Shown: positions 27,246 through 37,974, numbered from the stretch's first letter. The stretch is 64,000 nucleotides of DNA from an uncultured virus (IMG/VR IMGVR_UViG_3300042691_010759) (IMGVR_UViG_3300042691_010759), one strand, 5' to 3'. Numbers and translations: made by a program. The notes: generated from the letters alone by a model not told the origin.

Positions 27246-27328
27246 CTTGCTAACAAGACTTACATTCTCAACGCCTCACAGACTGTCCTTACTATCATCA
27301 CAAGCACACGTTCACAATAAACAAACAT

Positions 27329-27826
27329 ATGCCAACATACAGACCTCCTATCAATAGAGATCAGCTACAACAGCTAGAGCAATACTTATATGGGTTAATC
27401 CGTTATACAGACACTGCAGAATTTCAGAAAGACATAGATAGCCGTTTACAAAACAAACTACTACATGAGATAGCATATATCTCTATGGCTATAGATATCC
27501 TCAAGCAGATCTACTCTGGAACAGGATCTGAAGTACCGGTAGTAGGATGGGAGCTTAACAATCCAGACATAGAGCAAGGCTACATGAGAATATATCATTT
27601 CTCTTCAGCAGCACTAGCTGGTAAATGTTTAGGAATAAATAATTCCCATATAGGATCTGTTTGTAGAGGAGAAAGAAAGTCAGCAGGTGGATGGTGTTTC
27701 AAATTCAAATCAGAATATGAAGAGGAAGAAAGATACACGTTTGATCCAAATTCTCCTAAATTTGAAATAATTGACATAAGCAATGGTAAAAAAGGAGATG
27801 CTTCAACAAATGGAGATGTTCAATGA
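27329..27826 (+). CDS. NUMOD1-like DNA-binding domain protein
   Basis: FSSAALAGKCLGINNSHIGSVCRGERKSAGGWCFKF. Confidence 0.6.
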   Translation: MPTYRPPINRDQLQQLEQYLYGLIRYTDTAEFQKDIDSRLQNKLLHEIAYISMAIDILKQIYSGTGSEVPVVGWELNNPDIEQGYMRIYHFSSAALAGKCLGINNSHIGSVCRGERKSAGGWCFKFKSEYEEEERYTFDPNSPKFEIIDISNGKKGDASTNGDVQ

Positions 27827-28382
27827 AATGACATCTGCAGGATTAACACCAAATCAGTATTATCTATTATGTTGTATGAGAGATTCTATATCTCCGCTTA
27901 GGATGAATATGCATCTTGAATTAAGAAACCTAAAACAAAATGGGTGGATTAAAGAAGATAACAAACTTTCACCTGAAGCAATGACGTTGATAGATCAGAT
28001 TGAAAAGCTCTTTAAAATCCAGAAGACCAAAACAAGTAGTCAGCTAATGACAAAGGATTTTAAAGACAATATTGTAAAATACAAAGAGATGTTCCCTAAT
28101 ATAAAGTTACCAAGTGGTAAAGCTGCTAGAGCAGCTACAGGAAATCTTGAAAAGAACTTTAGATGGTTCTTTGAAAATTATGAATACAAATGGCCAATAA
28201 TTTTTCAAGCCACAGCTAAATACATAAATGATCACCAGGAACAAAACTGGAAGTTTATGCGGACATCACAATACTTTATCCGGAAGGATAATCTAAGTGA
28301 CTTAGCAGACTATTGTGAAATAGCAATGACAGGTGGAGATGAAGAAGAAAAGCCAAGATACACAACACAAAAAGTAGTATAA
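27783..28382 (+). CDS. putative replication protein (wHTH-like N-terminus)
   Basis: 199 aa, close upstream of DnaB; MRTSQYFI motif. Confidence 0.5.
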   Translation: MVKKEMLQQMEMFNEMTSAGLTPNQYYLLCCMRDSISPLRMNMHLELRNLKQNGWIKEDNKLSPEAMTLIDQIEKLFKIQKTKTSSQLMTKDFKDNIVKYKEMFPNIKLPSGKAARAATGNLEKNFRWFFENYEYKWPIIFQATAKYINDHQEQNWKFMRTSQYFIRKDNLSDLADYCEIAMTGGDEEEKPRYTTQKVV

Positions 28383-28615
28383 TGAAAGGTAGAATTCATA
28401 GGGCATTAATCAATGTGTTAATGTCCTTATTAGTATGGTCAATCGTTGATTATTTCATCATTCCAATAAGCTTTTGGCAGTTTGTTGTTATTGAAATTTT
28501 TATTGGAATTGGAGAACTTTTTAGTATCTTTGTTAAAGACAAATTTGGTATCCTTAACCCGGACAGCATCAAGTTTTTAAGCGAAGAAAAAGAAAGATCA
28601 GAAAATGGATTATAG
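28382..28615 (+). CDS. small membrane protein
   Basis: two hydrophobic segments. Confidence 0.55.
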   Translation: MKGRIHRALINVLMSLLVWSIVDYFIIPISFWQFVVIEIFIGIGELFSIFVKDKFGILNPDSIKFLSEEKERSENGL

Positions 28616-29612
28616 CAAATATTGTATAGGCCAAAAGCAGGCTTTTCAGGAAGCTCTTGACGAAATGGTAGGGCGTAAAAATGGAACAATTACTAGTTTC
28701 CGTACACCCTGGCCAAAAGTAGATGATGCCGGTACAGATGGGTTTGAATGGAATTCACTCACTGTAATCGGTGGAAGACCTGGAACAGGTAAAACATTAA
28801 TCAAAGACCAACTCATAAGAGAAAGAGAAAAAAATAATCCTGGACAAACAATGCGCATCTATGAGTTTAACTTTGAGATGTTAGGTAAAGTTCAAAAACA
28901 ACGTGAATTCTCAGCTCATATCAAGCAGCCATACAAGTATGTTAAAAGTTCTAGCGGAATGAAAATTACAGAGGAAGATCTGGCTAAATGTTTTCTCTAT
29001 GCAAAAGACGTTTTAGCTAATGAAGGTTATCCTATTGACTCATGCAATATTCCAGTTGACATTGATACATTCCAAAAGATTATTGAATGGTATATGGAAA
29101 AGCATTCAGTAAGAGTTGAGGGAGGAAAGAAAATATACACTAAGACAGTTATAACAATAGATCACGCAAACCTTTTTAAACTATCCGCCGGACATAACAG
29201 TAAAACAGATATGCTATATGAATTAGGTGAGATACTTACAGATTTAAAACGAAGATTTCCAATCGCGTTTATTGTCTTATCTCAACTAGGCAGAAATGTA
29301 GAAACACCAGAAAGAAATCAAGATGGGAAATATGGAAACTATATTCTTCCAACAGATTTATTTGGTGGTGATGCGTTATTTCAGCATGCGGATCTCGTTA
29401 TAGGTATCAATAGACCATCTCTAAAATATATCCAATTCTATGGTCCAGATAGATACATTATTGATGATGAGAACATTTTAGTATTTCACTTTCTTAAATG
29501 TAGAAATGGTGATACAAGAATGAGTTTCTTTAAATCTCATTATGATAAGATGTGTATAGAAGAAATGACTGTTCCCCCCGCAAGACAAGAAAAAAGAATA
29601 TCAACACAATAA
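28605..29612 (+). CDS. dnaB: DnaB-like replicative helicase (C-terminal ATPase domain)
   Basis: GGRPGTGKT, FEM, IDH, LSQLGR, ADLV, KCRNG. Confidence 0.85.
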   Translation: MDYSKYCIGQKQAFQEALDEMVGRKNGTITSFRTPWPKVDDAGTDGFEWNSLTVIGGRPGTGKTLIKDQLIREREKNNPGQTMRIYEFNFEMLGKVQKQREFSAHIKQPYKYVKSSSGMKITEEDLAKCFLYAKDVLANEGYPIDSCNIPVDIDTFQKIIEWYMEKHSVRVEGGKKIYTKTVITIDHANLFKLSAGHNSKTDMLYELGEILTDLKRRFPIAFIVLSQLGRNVETPERNQDGKYGNYILPTDLFGGDALFQHADLVIGINRPSLKYIQFYGPDRYIIDDENILVFHFLKCRNGDTRMSFFKSHYDKMCIEEMTVPPARQEKRISTQ

Positions 29613-29615
29613 GTA

Positions 29616-30179
29616 ATGGCATTAAGTACAGTAGATGGAGCAGGTAGCAAAAGAAATAAAATTGCTAGTCTCCTAGAAAAACACAAACCGTTATTTGAAA
29701 AAATTGGTATTTCAAATCCAACGTTTATTCCAAAGATGGCCTATCCGGATAACGGAGAAATAATCATTGGATTTTATCCTAAAGAAATTAATGCAGGTCA
29801 AGACGTATATACTGAGTTTGTAAGCAGAGATTTTGAACCAGAAGATTCAGAGCGTAGGCTTTGGAAATGGGTTTACAATCCTGAATATGCAAGAGAGTAT
29901 AGAATGTCAGAACCTCATCCTTCAACAGGAGATCGTAGATTTTTAGTACCAGTTGATGAACTCATTGATGTTGCCAAAGACATACTTCAAAAAGAACAAG
30001 AGCAGACAGGTCAACTAGATGTTTTTAACTTACTTGAAGCACCTGATGGCAACTCTGATCAGTCATATGCAAATCTCACAATGAGAGATTATGCAGCTAT
30101 CCAATGGAAAAGACCAGTGAGTCACAAAAAATGGTTAAATGAATTAATAATTAAACAATTTGGAAATGGAAGGGATTAA
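29616..30179 (+). CDS. hypothetical protein
   Basis: 187 aa; LTMRDYAAI motif. Confidence 0.7.
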   Translation: MALSTVDGAGSKRNKIASLLEKHKPLFEKIGISNPTFIPKMAYPDNGEIIIGFYPKEINAGQDVYTEFVSRDFEPEDSERRLWKWVYNPEYAREYRMSEPHPSTGDRRFLVPVDELIDVAKDILQKEQEQTGQLDVFNLLEAPDGNSDQSYANLTMRDYAAIQWKRPVSHKKWLNELIIKQFGNGRD

Positions 30180-30945
30180 ATTACCTACAAAAAAAGTAAA
30201 GGCGGAATCTAAAAGTCCAAAGAACTTGATCATCTTTGCTAAGCCTAAAGTTGGCAAGACAAGTATGTTGGCGGAGTTAGAAGACTGTCTGATTATAGAC
30301 CTAGAAGATGGATCTGATTATGTAGATGCGTTAAAGCTAAAAGCAGATTCAATTGAAGCAATCAAAGCAATCGGTGAAGAAATCAAAAAAGCAAATTATC
30401 CTTACAAGTATATTGCTTTAGACACCATTACAAAACTTGAAGAGCTATGCATTCCTTATGCTGAAAAAATTTATTCCAATAAACCTATGGGTAAAAGTTG
30501 GTTTAAGAAAGCTGCAGATGGAAAAAGTTTATCTTCTGAAAGCGGTAAGGCTCAGTATGGAAACATATTAAACCTACCAAATGGTGCAGGCTATCCTTAT
30601 TTAAGAGAAGCTATGACTAAAGTAATTGAGTACGTCAAAACATTAGCCCCAAGAATTATACTCGTAGGCCATATCAAAGACACTCTATTAGAGAAATCCG
30701 GTGCAGAATTTTCAAGTTCTGACCTTGACCTTACAGGTAAAATAAAGAGGATCCTTACATCTCAATCAGATGCAATCGGATACCTTTACAGAAAAGGTAA
30801 TAACCAAAACATTTTGAGTTTTACAACAAGCGATTCAGTAGCATGCGGTGCTCGTCCAGAGCATCTCAGAAATAAGGAAATTGTTATTAGTGAAATGACA
30901 GATGAAGGGTTAGTTACAAATTGGGATAAAGTTTACATTGATTAA
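30166..30945 (+). CDS. AAA_24/Sak4-like P-loop ATPase
   Basis: KPKVGKT, IDLEDG, LDTIT, LVGH, SDAIGY. Confidence 0.75.
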   Translation: MEGIKLPTKKVKAESKSPKNLIIFAKPKVGKTSMLAELEDCLIIDLEDGSDYVDALKLKADSIEAIKAIGEEIKKANYPYKYIALDTITKLEELCIPYAEKIYSNKPMGKSWFKKAADGKSLSSESGKAQYGNILNLPNGAGYPYLREAMTKVIEYVKTLAPRIILVGHIKDTLLEKSGAEFSSSDLDLTGKIKRILTSQSDAIGYLYRKGNNQNILSFTTSDSVACGARPEHLRNKEIVISEMTDEGLVTNWDKVYID

Positions 30946-30961
30946 TTTAATTTAAAAAAGT

Positions 30962-31657
30962 ATGTTAAGTACAAAAGACGTAAAAGGAGGAAATGAAGGT
31001 GGAGGAACAGCTAAAACTATTACTCCAGGTAATCACAGATTAATGATTCACAGCGTAGAGCTGAAGCAGTATCCATTCATGGTGGATAAGAAAGCTTATC
31101 ATTTAATTCTTAATGTGGAAACAGAACCTATTGCTGACTTTGAAGGATTCTTTATTGATCCAAATGATGAGTCAAAAGGAAGATATCAAGGGCAGGTAGG
31201 TCAGATAAAGACTAACCGTTATTATTATGCGGATGGTACAACCAAAGGTGGTACTCCTGTTTACAGAGATGCTGAAATTCTGAAGATGATCAAGAGTCTC
31301 TGTGAATATTTAGATATGCAAGATTGGTTCACAAAGGCAGACAATAAGTATGAAACTATTGAGGATTTTGTTGATGCATTCAATACTGATGCTCCATTTA
31401 GAGGTAAGTATGCAGACTTTTGTGTTGCCGGTAAAGAATATCATAGACAAAATGGTTATTTAGGATATGATATGTACTTACCAAAACCAAAAAATCCATT
31501 TAAGCCTATTGCTTTTAAAGCAAAAGATAAGGTACTTCCTTATTCAGAAGCAGAGCACTTAATCAAAGCAGATCCTAAAGAGGTATCTAACTTTGGTGGT
31601 GATGATGACTTTTCAACAGGAACAGATGTTTCTGGTCAAACTGAATTTGAATTGTAA
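30962..31657 (+). CDS. putative single-stranded DNA-binding protein
   Basis: follows the AAA ATPase; acidic tail ending EFEL; terminator downstream. Confidence 0.5.
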   Translation: MLSTKDVKGGNEGGGTAKTITPGNHRLMIHSVELKQYPFMVDKKAYHLILNVETEPIADFEGFFIDPNDESKGRYQGQVGQIKTNRYYYADGTTKGGTPVYRDAEILKMIKSLCEYLDMQDWFTKADNKYETIEDFVDAFNTDAPFRGKYADFCVAGKEYHRQNGYLGYDMYLPKPKNPFKPIAFKAKDKVLPYSEAEHLIKADPKEVSNFGGDDDFSTGTDVSGQTEFEL

Positions 31658-31700
31658 AAAACAATTCTTATTTTGTTCTGCACTAAAGCAGTCAACTTAG

Positions 31701-31740
31701 ATAAAGGGGGTAGGTGCCAAGCACTGCCCCCTTTATTTAT
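31701..31740 (+). terminator. intrinsic terminator
   Basis: ATAAAGGGGGTAG...CTGCCCCCTTTAT. Confidence 0.7.
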
Positions 31741-31754
31741 TAATCTAAAATTGT

Positions 31755-32753
31755 ATGCTCAGAACTAAAACATTAATAAGCGACTTCAGTGAGGTCCCCC
31801 ATACGTGGGTGTATGAACATTACCTGAACTTGCCAGAAAGACTTAATGGACAAGATGTAAAAATCAAATCTATATTTAATCCAAAAGACAGCAACCCATC
31901 ATTCTTTGTGTACTATTCTAGAAGCTCGGATAGATATAAGTTTAAAGACTTTTCTACAGATAGACAAGGAGATTGTGTTGAATTAGTCAAAGAGCTATTT
32001 AACATGTCCAAAAGATTGGATGCTGTACTCAAGATCATAAACGACTATAATGAATTTCTTAGTAAAACGGATGGGAATTATCAGCTTGAAAACTTTATCG
32101 TTCAAGATAAGTATAAAGTTGATGCCTACATTTTACGTAACTGGACAGAGTTTGACCAAAAATATTGGATGAGGTATCAGATAGGTTCTAAAGTATTAGA
32201 ACACTTCAACATACATCCTCTTGATCAATTCACATTTAAAAGAGGAGATGAAAAAGTAGACATTAAAGGAATAGGTATCTATGGTTTCTTTAGAAAAGAT
32301 GGATCCTTGTATAAAATCTATCAACCTCTCGTAAAGAATAAGAAATTCATAAAGATTCAAGACTATATTCAGGGGACTGATCAACTACAATTTGACAAAC
32401 CGTATTTAGTTATATGCAGTTCATTAAAAGATGTAATGGCATTTACTAAGTTAGGTTTTGGAAATGCGGAAGCTGTCGCTCCAGATAGTGAGAACACTAC
32501 AATTCCTGAACACATTATCCTTGCCTATAAGGAAAAGTATAAAGCCGTGTGTACCATCTTTGATAATGATGAAGCTGGTATAAAAGCAATGCTTAAGTAC
32601 AAAGAATTGTATGGCCTACCCTATGCTCATCTAAATCTTGAGAAAGACATTGCTGACTGTGTAGAACAACACGGTATCGCTAACACAAGAATTACATTGT
32701 ACCCAGTGTTAACCAAAGCTCTAACAGGAATCAAAAAAGAACTTGTAGTATGA
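31755..32753 (+). CDS. dnaG: DnaG-like primase
   Basis: FKDFST, SLKDVM, Toprim FDNDEAG, KDIAD. Confidence 0.8.
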   Translation: MLRTKTLISDFSEVPHTWVYEHYLNLPERLNGQDVKIKSIFNPKDSNPSFFVYYSRSSDRYKFKDFSTDRQGDCVELVKELFNMSKRLDAVLKIINDYNEFLSKTDGNYQLENFIVQDKYKVDAYILRNWTEFDQKYWMRYQIGSKVLEHFNIHPLDQFTFKRGDEKVDIKGIGIYGFFRKDGSLYKIYQPLVKNKKFIKIQDYIQGTDQLQFDKPYLVICSSLKDVMAFTKLGFGNAEAVAPDSENTTIPEHIILAYKEKYKAVCTIFDNDEAGIKAMLKYKELYGLPYAHLNLEKDIADCVEQHGIANTRITLYPVLTKALTGIKKELVV

Positions 32754-33244
32754 AAAAATATATTGGAATTGATATTGGAAAAAAAGGAGCAATAGCTATA
32801 TGGGATGGTGAAAAGTATCACACATGGCCAATTCCTATGATTAAAAATGAAGTTGATTACCAAGCATTACATTTTTTACTTCAAGATTTTGAAGGATTCA
32901 ATGGTATAGTAGTATTTGAAAAGCTTGGTGTCATCTTTGGATCCAGTAAAACAACAGCCTTTTCAATGGGCTATCAAGCAGGTGCAATAGAAATGCTTTG
33001 CATATCCTTAGCACTACCTTATGTAAAAGTACCTGCAAAGAAATGGCAGGATGAAATGTTTCAGGGAGTTGAAGAAGTAAAGATTACCGGTAAAACAAAA
33101 AGAGATACAAAAGCAATGGCCCTTATAGCTATTAAGAGGTTATTGCCTGGACTAAAGCTAACCTTTGGAAACACAGCCACAAAGCCAAATGACGGCTTGA
33201 TAGACGCAGTTCTTATGGCAGAATACGCAAAACGTAAATTTTAG
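32750..33244 (+). CDS. RuvC-like Holliday junction resolvase
   Basis: IGIDIG, FEK, PAKKW, DAVLMA. Confidence 0.75.
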   Translation: MKKYIGIDIGKKGAIAIWDGEKYHTWPIPMIKNEVDYQALHFLLQDFEGFNGIVVFEKLGVIFGSSKTTAFSMGYQAGAIEMLCISLALPYVKVPAKKWQDEMFQGVEEVKITGKTKRDTKAMALIAIKRLLPGLKLTFGNTATKPNDGLIDAVLMAEYAKRKF

Positions 33245-33248
33245 AATT

Positions 33249-33665
33249 ATGAAAAGTAGTTTAACAGCAGACGGAGTTTTACTGAAACTCCAAGATTATG
33301 GTATTCGTTATGTTGTAACTGAATACTCAGGTAGTGGAGATAGCGGAGCTATTGATACTATTTCCTTTTACAATGAACATCCAGATATGTATGTGAATGT
33401 AGAGGATGATGAATATAATATTCCAACTAATGCGGAAGAAGCAACACTAGCTCCAGATGAATATACTATGCTTAAAAATACAATAGAAGATATCTCCTAT
33501 AAAATTCTTGAGCGTGGTGATGTAGATGATTGGTACAATAATGATGGAGGATCTGGAACTATTATCCTAGATACCAATACAGGTGATTATCTAATTGATA
33601 ATACAACCTATTATACAGAATCAAATTGTCAAACGCTTACCGGTAAATTTCAATCAGAAGAATAA
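33249..33665 (+). CDS. DUF6878-like acidic protein
   Basis: YSGSGDSG...WYNNDGGSG. Confidence 0.5.
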   Translation: MKSSLTADGVLLKLQDYGIRYVVTEYSGSGDSGAIDTISFYNEHPDMYVNVEDDEYNIPTNAEEATLAPDEYTMLKNTIEDISYKILERGDVDDWYNNDGGSGTIILDTNTGDYLIDNTTYYTESNCQTLTGKFQSEE

Positions 33666-34006
33666 TGGCACATCCTTGGGACCACGCGAGATCTTCTGCT
33701 AAAAAATTTGGAGGATCTCCATTAGATTATCTTGATATCCATAACTGGTTTGATGAAACTAAGGCATGGGTAGGACATAGTAAACATAGAATGTTCCGTC
33801 ATCACAGTGAAGGGATATTTGAATGTGAGAAAAGATTTGGTATGGTAATTACTAATTCTGACAATAAAGATGTATACGTGCGCTATATTGGAGAACAACA
33901 CGTAAAAGAGGATTGCAATGGTTATATACCTACCGCTAAGGAGTGGTTGGATAATCTTGAGACACCTCCGTTATGGATGTTAAAAACAATGAAAATAAAT
34001 GACTGA
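33665..34006 (+). CDS. DUF6915-like His-rich protein
   Basis: MAHPWDHARSS, IHNWFD, HRMFRHH, EQHVKED. Confidence 0.6.
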   Translation: MAHPWDHARSSAKKFGGSPLDYLDIHNWFDETKAWVGHSKHRMFRHHSEGIFECEKRFGMVITNSDNKDVYVRYIGEQHVKEDCNGYIPTAKEWLDNLETPPLWMLKTMKIND

Positions 34007-34427
34007 AACTAAGTTTAAACCAGAACAGTTTTATAACCTTATCCAAATGGGATCCTCAATTAATATTGAGGATCGCACTTTGGCTTTAATGTTAGTGGAA
34101 AGTGTAGATTTAAAAGAGCATTTAGTATATGTTTTACTATTTAAAAAGCTCTGTAAAATAGATGATAAGCTATGGATAGAGCATGCTCCAAAGACTTATA
34201 GAAAACTCAAAAGTATTGTAGATTTGCAAAGAACAATTACATACAAAACTATATTTGAGATGCTAGGTAAATACAAAGTAAATATAGAACAGATGCAATT
34301 CTTTCTTGAATACTTTAGCAAGTATCTAGCAGAACAGTGTAAGTCATTAGGTTATGATTTTATTGATGAGTTAGAAATAAAAATTAAAACAAAAGCTCTA
34401 AATGACAAATCAGGAAACGCTAGCTAA
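33999..34427 (+). CDS. hypothetical protein
   Basis: 142 aa ORF. Confidence 0.65.
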   Translation: MTETKFKPEQFYNLIQMGSSINIEDRTLALMLVESVDLKEHLVYVLLFKKLCKIDDKLWIEHAPKTYRKLKSIVDLQRTITYKTIFEMLGKYKVNIEQMQFFLEYFSKYLAEQCKSLGYDFIDELEIKIKTKALNDKSGNAS

Positions 34428-35622
34428 AGCTAGTAAAGAGTTGATGTTAAAAGAACCATTCTATGGACTGCTTTTGATGTCGCTAAATAAAGTATGGAGA
34501 AAGGACATTCCAACAGCGGGTGTCCGAGTTAAAGATATTAGCTATGAGTTAGCTATTAATCCTGATTTCTGGGAATCTTTAGAACCTAATATGAAAATTG
34601 GTGTCTTAAAACATGAGTTGCTTCACATTGGATTCTTTCATTTGACAAACTATGAACACTTGCGGAACAAAACTATTCGCAACATAGCAATGGACCTTGA
34701 AATTAATCAATACATTGAGGAGCAAGATTTACCGGAGGGGGTTTGTAAACTGAGTAAGTTTCCAGATCTGAATCTTGAACCAAAGAAGGGTACATTTTAT
34801 TATTATGACAAGTTAATGTCTGATAATAGTAAAGCACAGAGTACAGTTAAATGTATTATGGAAGTTGGTCAAGATGAACAACAAGATGAACAACAAGGTA
34901 ATACTACATGTGAATTACCAAATGGTGAAGAAATAGAAATACCAGATCACACATTATGGGATGAAATTGAGGATCTTCCTGAAGCAACTAAACGTCTACT
35001 AGAAAACCAAACCAAACATATATTAGAGCAAGTTGCAGATCAGATTGCAAAAATGAAAGGCGATATTCCAGGAGAGTTTGCAGAAATAATTGAACGGCTT
35101 AAAATAGTTGAGCCACCTAAGTTTGATTGGAAAGGATATCTAAGAAGATTTGCTGGAAAATCTACAAGAATATACACCAAAAAATCAAGACGTAAACTCA
35201 ACAAAAGACTAGAAGAAAACCCAGGACTTAAATTCAAAAGACATAAACATATCTTAGCAGCAATTGATACCTCTGGTTCTGTAAGTACATCAGAACTAAA
35301 AGAGTTTATTCAAGAGATGACACATCTAGAAAAGACAGGATCTGATGTAACACTAATTGAATGTGATGTCTCAATATCTTATGTTGGAAAGTTTAACTCC
35401 AGAAAAGATGTTGAGATCCACGGAAGAGGTGGTACAGAATTTCAACCAGTTATAGATTATTTCAATGAGCATAATCCAAAGTACAGTTGTTTATTCTATT
35501 TTACAGATGGTGAATGTCCTGCACCCGAAAACGTTCCTAAAAATACAGTATGGGTTATATCATCCAGAGGTAATGGGGATCACTTAAAAGAAACAGGTAA
35601 AGTAATTAAATTAGAAGATTAA
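34402..35622 (+). CDS. DUF2201-like metallopeptidase-vWA protein
   Basis: PFYG, PTAGV, HELLH, NIAMDLEIN; DTSGS, GRGGT, FTDG. Confidence 0.8.
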   Translation: MTNQETLAKASKELMLKEPFYGLLLMSLNKVWRKDIPTAGVRVKDISYELAINPDFWESLEPNMKIGVLKHELLHIGFFHLTNYEHLRNKTIRNIAMDLEINQYIEEQDLPEGVCKLSKFPDLNLEPKKGTFYYYDKLMSDNSKAQSTVKCIMEVGQDEQQDEQQGNTTCELPNGEEIEIPDHTLWDEIEDLPEATKRLLENQTKHILEQVADQIAKMKGDIPGEFAEIIERLKIVEPPKFDWKGYLRRFAGKSTRIYTKKSRRKLNKRLEENPGLKFKRHKHILAAIDTSGSVSTSELKEFIQEMTHLEKTGSDVTLIECDVSISYVGKFNSRKDVEIHGRGGTEFQPVIDYFNEHNPKYSCLFYFTDGECPAPENVPKNTVWVISSRGNGDHLKETGKVIKLED

Positions 35623-35627
35623 AAAAA

Positions 35628-36884
35628 ATGAATCAAGTAAGTTTGAACGCAAGAGAAATGAAAGAATTTCTCGCACACATTATTGAGAACAATCAGTACA
35701 TACAAGAGCAGGGAAAGAAACCTGTAGCTACTGAGATTATTGGAGAGTCTGGTTTAGGTAAAACCAGTGTAGCAATTCAGATTGCTGAAGAACATAACCT
35801 AAACTTTGTCAAATTAAATCTAGCTCAGATAGAAGAACTAGGTGATTTGATAGGCTTCCCGGTAAGACAATTTCAACTAGAGAAAAAACCAAAAGCTGAA
35901 CTCAAGAAGTTTCGTACTGCTGATGGAACTATCATAGAAAAACTTGTCCAACCTACAGAAGGCGAAAGCAAAAAAGAATGGGTTGATGAGAATGCTGTTG
36001 ATCAGTATATCAAAAATGGATATGAATTTACAGGACAAAAGAGAATGTCTTACTGTCCGCCTGAATGGATTGCAGATAAGCAAGGTGGTGGGATCCTATT
36101 ATTAGATGACTGGAACCGTGCAGATATTAGATTCATTCAAGCTGTAATGGAATTAGTTGACAGACAGGAATATATTTCTTGGAAGCTTCCAAAGAACTGG
36201 CATATTCTATTAACAGCAAACCCTGATGATGGAGAGTATCTAGTTAATTCAATTGACGTAGCTCAACGAACAAGATTTATTTCTGTAGTAATGAAATGGA
36301 ATCATGAAGTATGGGCTGAATGGGCTGAGCAAGATGGTATTGATGGCAGATGTATTAACTTTATTTTGATGCATCCTGAAATCATAAGCAAGAGTGTTAA
36401 CCCAAGATCTATTACCACATTCTTTAATGCTATTAGTTCTTTCCAAAACTTTAACCAAAGAATACCAATGATTCAAATGATTGGTGAAGGTACTGTGGGC
36501 CCAGAAGTAGCAACACTTTTTAGCATGTTCATTAACAACAGACTAGATAAATTAATCAGTCCAAAAGAAATGATCACTGAAAAAGAACATGAAGTAGTTG
36601 CAGAAAAACTATTGGAAGCAATTGCTGAAAATGGTTTGAACAACTACAGAGCTGACATTGCAAGTTTGTTAAGCACACGATTAGTTAACTGGACTGTATA
36701 CTATTCTAATAGCAATCCTATTACACCAGAGATTATTGATAGACTTTTATTCCTAATCAAGCATCCTGATATCTTTACAGATGATTTGAAATATCACATT
36801 GTAAAGAAAATACTTAATGGTAATAAGCAGAAGTTCCAAAAGCTTTTGTTTGATCCGGAAGTCCAAGACTTGGCAACAAAATAA
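35628..36884 (+). CDS. MoxR-like AAA+ ATPase
   Basis: GESGLGKT, LLDDWNRA, TANP, RTRF, PRS. Confidence 0.8.
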   Translation: MNQVSLNAREMKEFLAHIIENNQYIQEQGKKPVATEIIGESGLGKTSVAIQIAEEHNLNFVKLNLAQIEELGDLIGFPVRQFQLEKKPKAELKKFRTADGTIIEKLVQPTEGESKKEWVDENAVDQYIKNGYEFTGQKRMSYCPPEWIADKQGGGILLLDDWNRADIRFIQAVMELVDRQEYISWKLPKNWHILLTANPDDGEYLVNSIDVAQRTRFISVVMKWNHEVWAEWAEQDGIDGRCINFILMHPEIISKSVNPRSITTFFNAISSFQNFNQRIPMIQMIGEGTVGPEVATLFSMFINNRLDKLISPKEMITEKEHEVVAEKLLEAIAENGLNNYRADIASLLSTRLVNWTVYYSNSNPITPEIIDRLLFLIKHPDIFTDDLKYHIVKKILNGNKQKFQKLLFDPEVQDLATK

Positions 36885-36888
36885 TAAT

Positions 36889-36915
36889 AAAGGGAGGTGT
36901 AACAGCCTCCCTTTT
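36889..36915 (+). terminator. intrinsic terminator
   Basis: AAAGGGAGG...CCTCCCTTTT. Confidence 0.7.
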
Positions 36916-36928
36916 AATTTAATTCAAA

Positions 36929-37957
36929 ATGAAATTAACTAAATATCTTTACTTAGATGTATCGTTAAATAATGAATTGACGTTATCTCTAGTAACAGGA
37001 TTTGAAAAAGAAAATTTAGAAAAGGCTTTAAACATACAAAAGGATTGGCAGCCACAACCTAATGATGTGTTATATTTCTTGCCAGGATGTTCCGTTCCTA
37101 GGTTTAAAGTAAAAGAAGAATACACTCGTACTATTAAACCTGATAATGCAACTGTAGCTTTTGCATCTTTAAATGGAATCAAAGAAGGTTCTTTTGTTAA
37201 TGTAATAAAGTATTGTGCACCTTTAGAACCAGGAGAAATAAGCAATTACATTACAAGTAATTTTTCACCAAGTGATAAACTATACATAAGATACTTTATG
37301 CTAAGAGATCAAGTTGCAAAAGTATTTGTTAGTGAACGTCTAATAAGTAATTGGCATACGGTGTTCTTAAATACTAATTATGCTATTAATGATCTTATTG
37401 GATATAGCAAATGGGGTATGCGAGATCTTAAGCAAGATCTGTATGCTGTTACTCCAGAATCAAAAATTAATCAACTCAAGTGTCCAATATATTTGGAAAC
37501 AGAAATTCTTAAGTGTCTTAATAACAATCGTATCATCATTGATGAAAACAAATATGAGGAACTACGTGCTTTTGGATTAAGCGGTGATAATGAAAATTTA
37601 ATTTTGATGATGGAGCTTATGGCTAATTCAGATTTTGAAAAAAGTTTTATATATTTGCTATTCCTATTGAAAGAATTTGGTAACAAAATTGTTACAATCA
37701 AAGAAGCCCATCACGTTAATTTCAAAAGTTTACTTATCTATTTTGGCTTAAATGTTAAGCAGCTAAACAGCATCAATCTGTTAGCTCTTACAGCAGCACT
37801 AAAGAAGCATAACAAATTTACAAGATCAAACGTTCAACGCATAACATCTCTTTGTGCATATGATCAGTATGACCAAAACGTAAAAAGCGAAGTGTTAAGA
37901 TACTACCGTGAAGGATATGTGCTGGATGAAACAGAACTAGAAATTGATGTTGAATAA
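36929..37957 (+). CDS. hypothetical protein
   Basis: 342 aa ORF. Confidence 0.7.
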   Translation: MKLTKYLYLDVSLNNELTLSLVTGFEKENLEKALNIQKDWQPQPNDVLYFLPGCSVPRFKVKEEYTRTIKPDNATVAFASLNGIKEGSFVNVIKYCAPLEPGEISNYITSNFSPSDKLYIRYFMLRDQVAKVFVSERLISNWHTVFLNTNYAINDLIGYSKWGMRDLKQDLYAVTPESKINQLKCPIYLETEILKCLNNNRIIIDENKYEELRAFGLSGDNENLILMMELMANSDFEKSFIYLLFLLKEFGNKIVTIKEAHHVNFKSLLIYFGLNVKQLNSINLLALTAALKKHNKFTRSNVQRITSLCAYDQYDQNVKSEVLRYYREGYVLDETELEIDVE

Positions 37958-37974
37958 TCTAAATTACATTAGTT

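Noticed and set aside
27329..27826. Homing endonuclease or intron
   Set aside because: Only a NUMOD1-like domain is visible, with no GIY-YIG or HNH catalytic motif and no interrupted gene.
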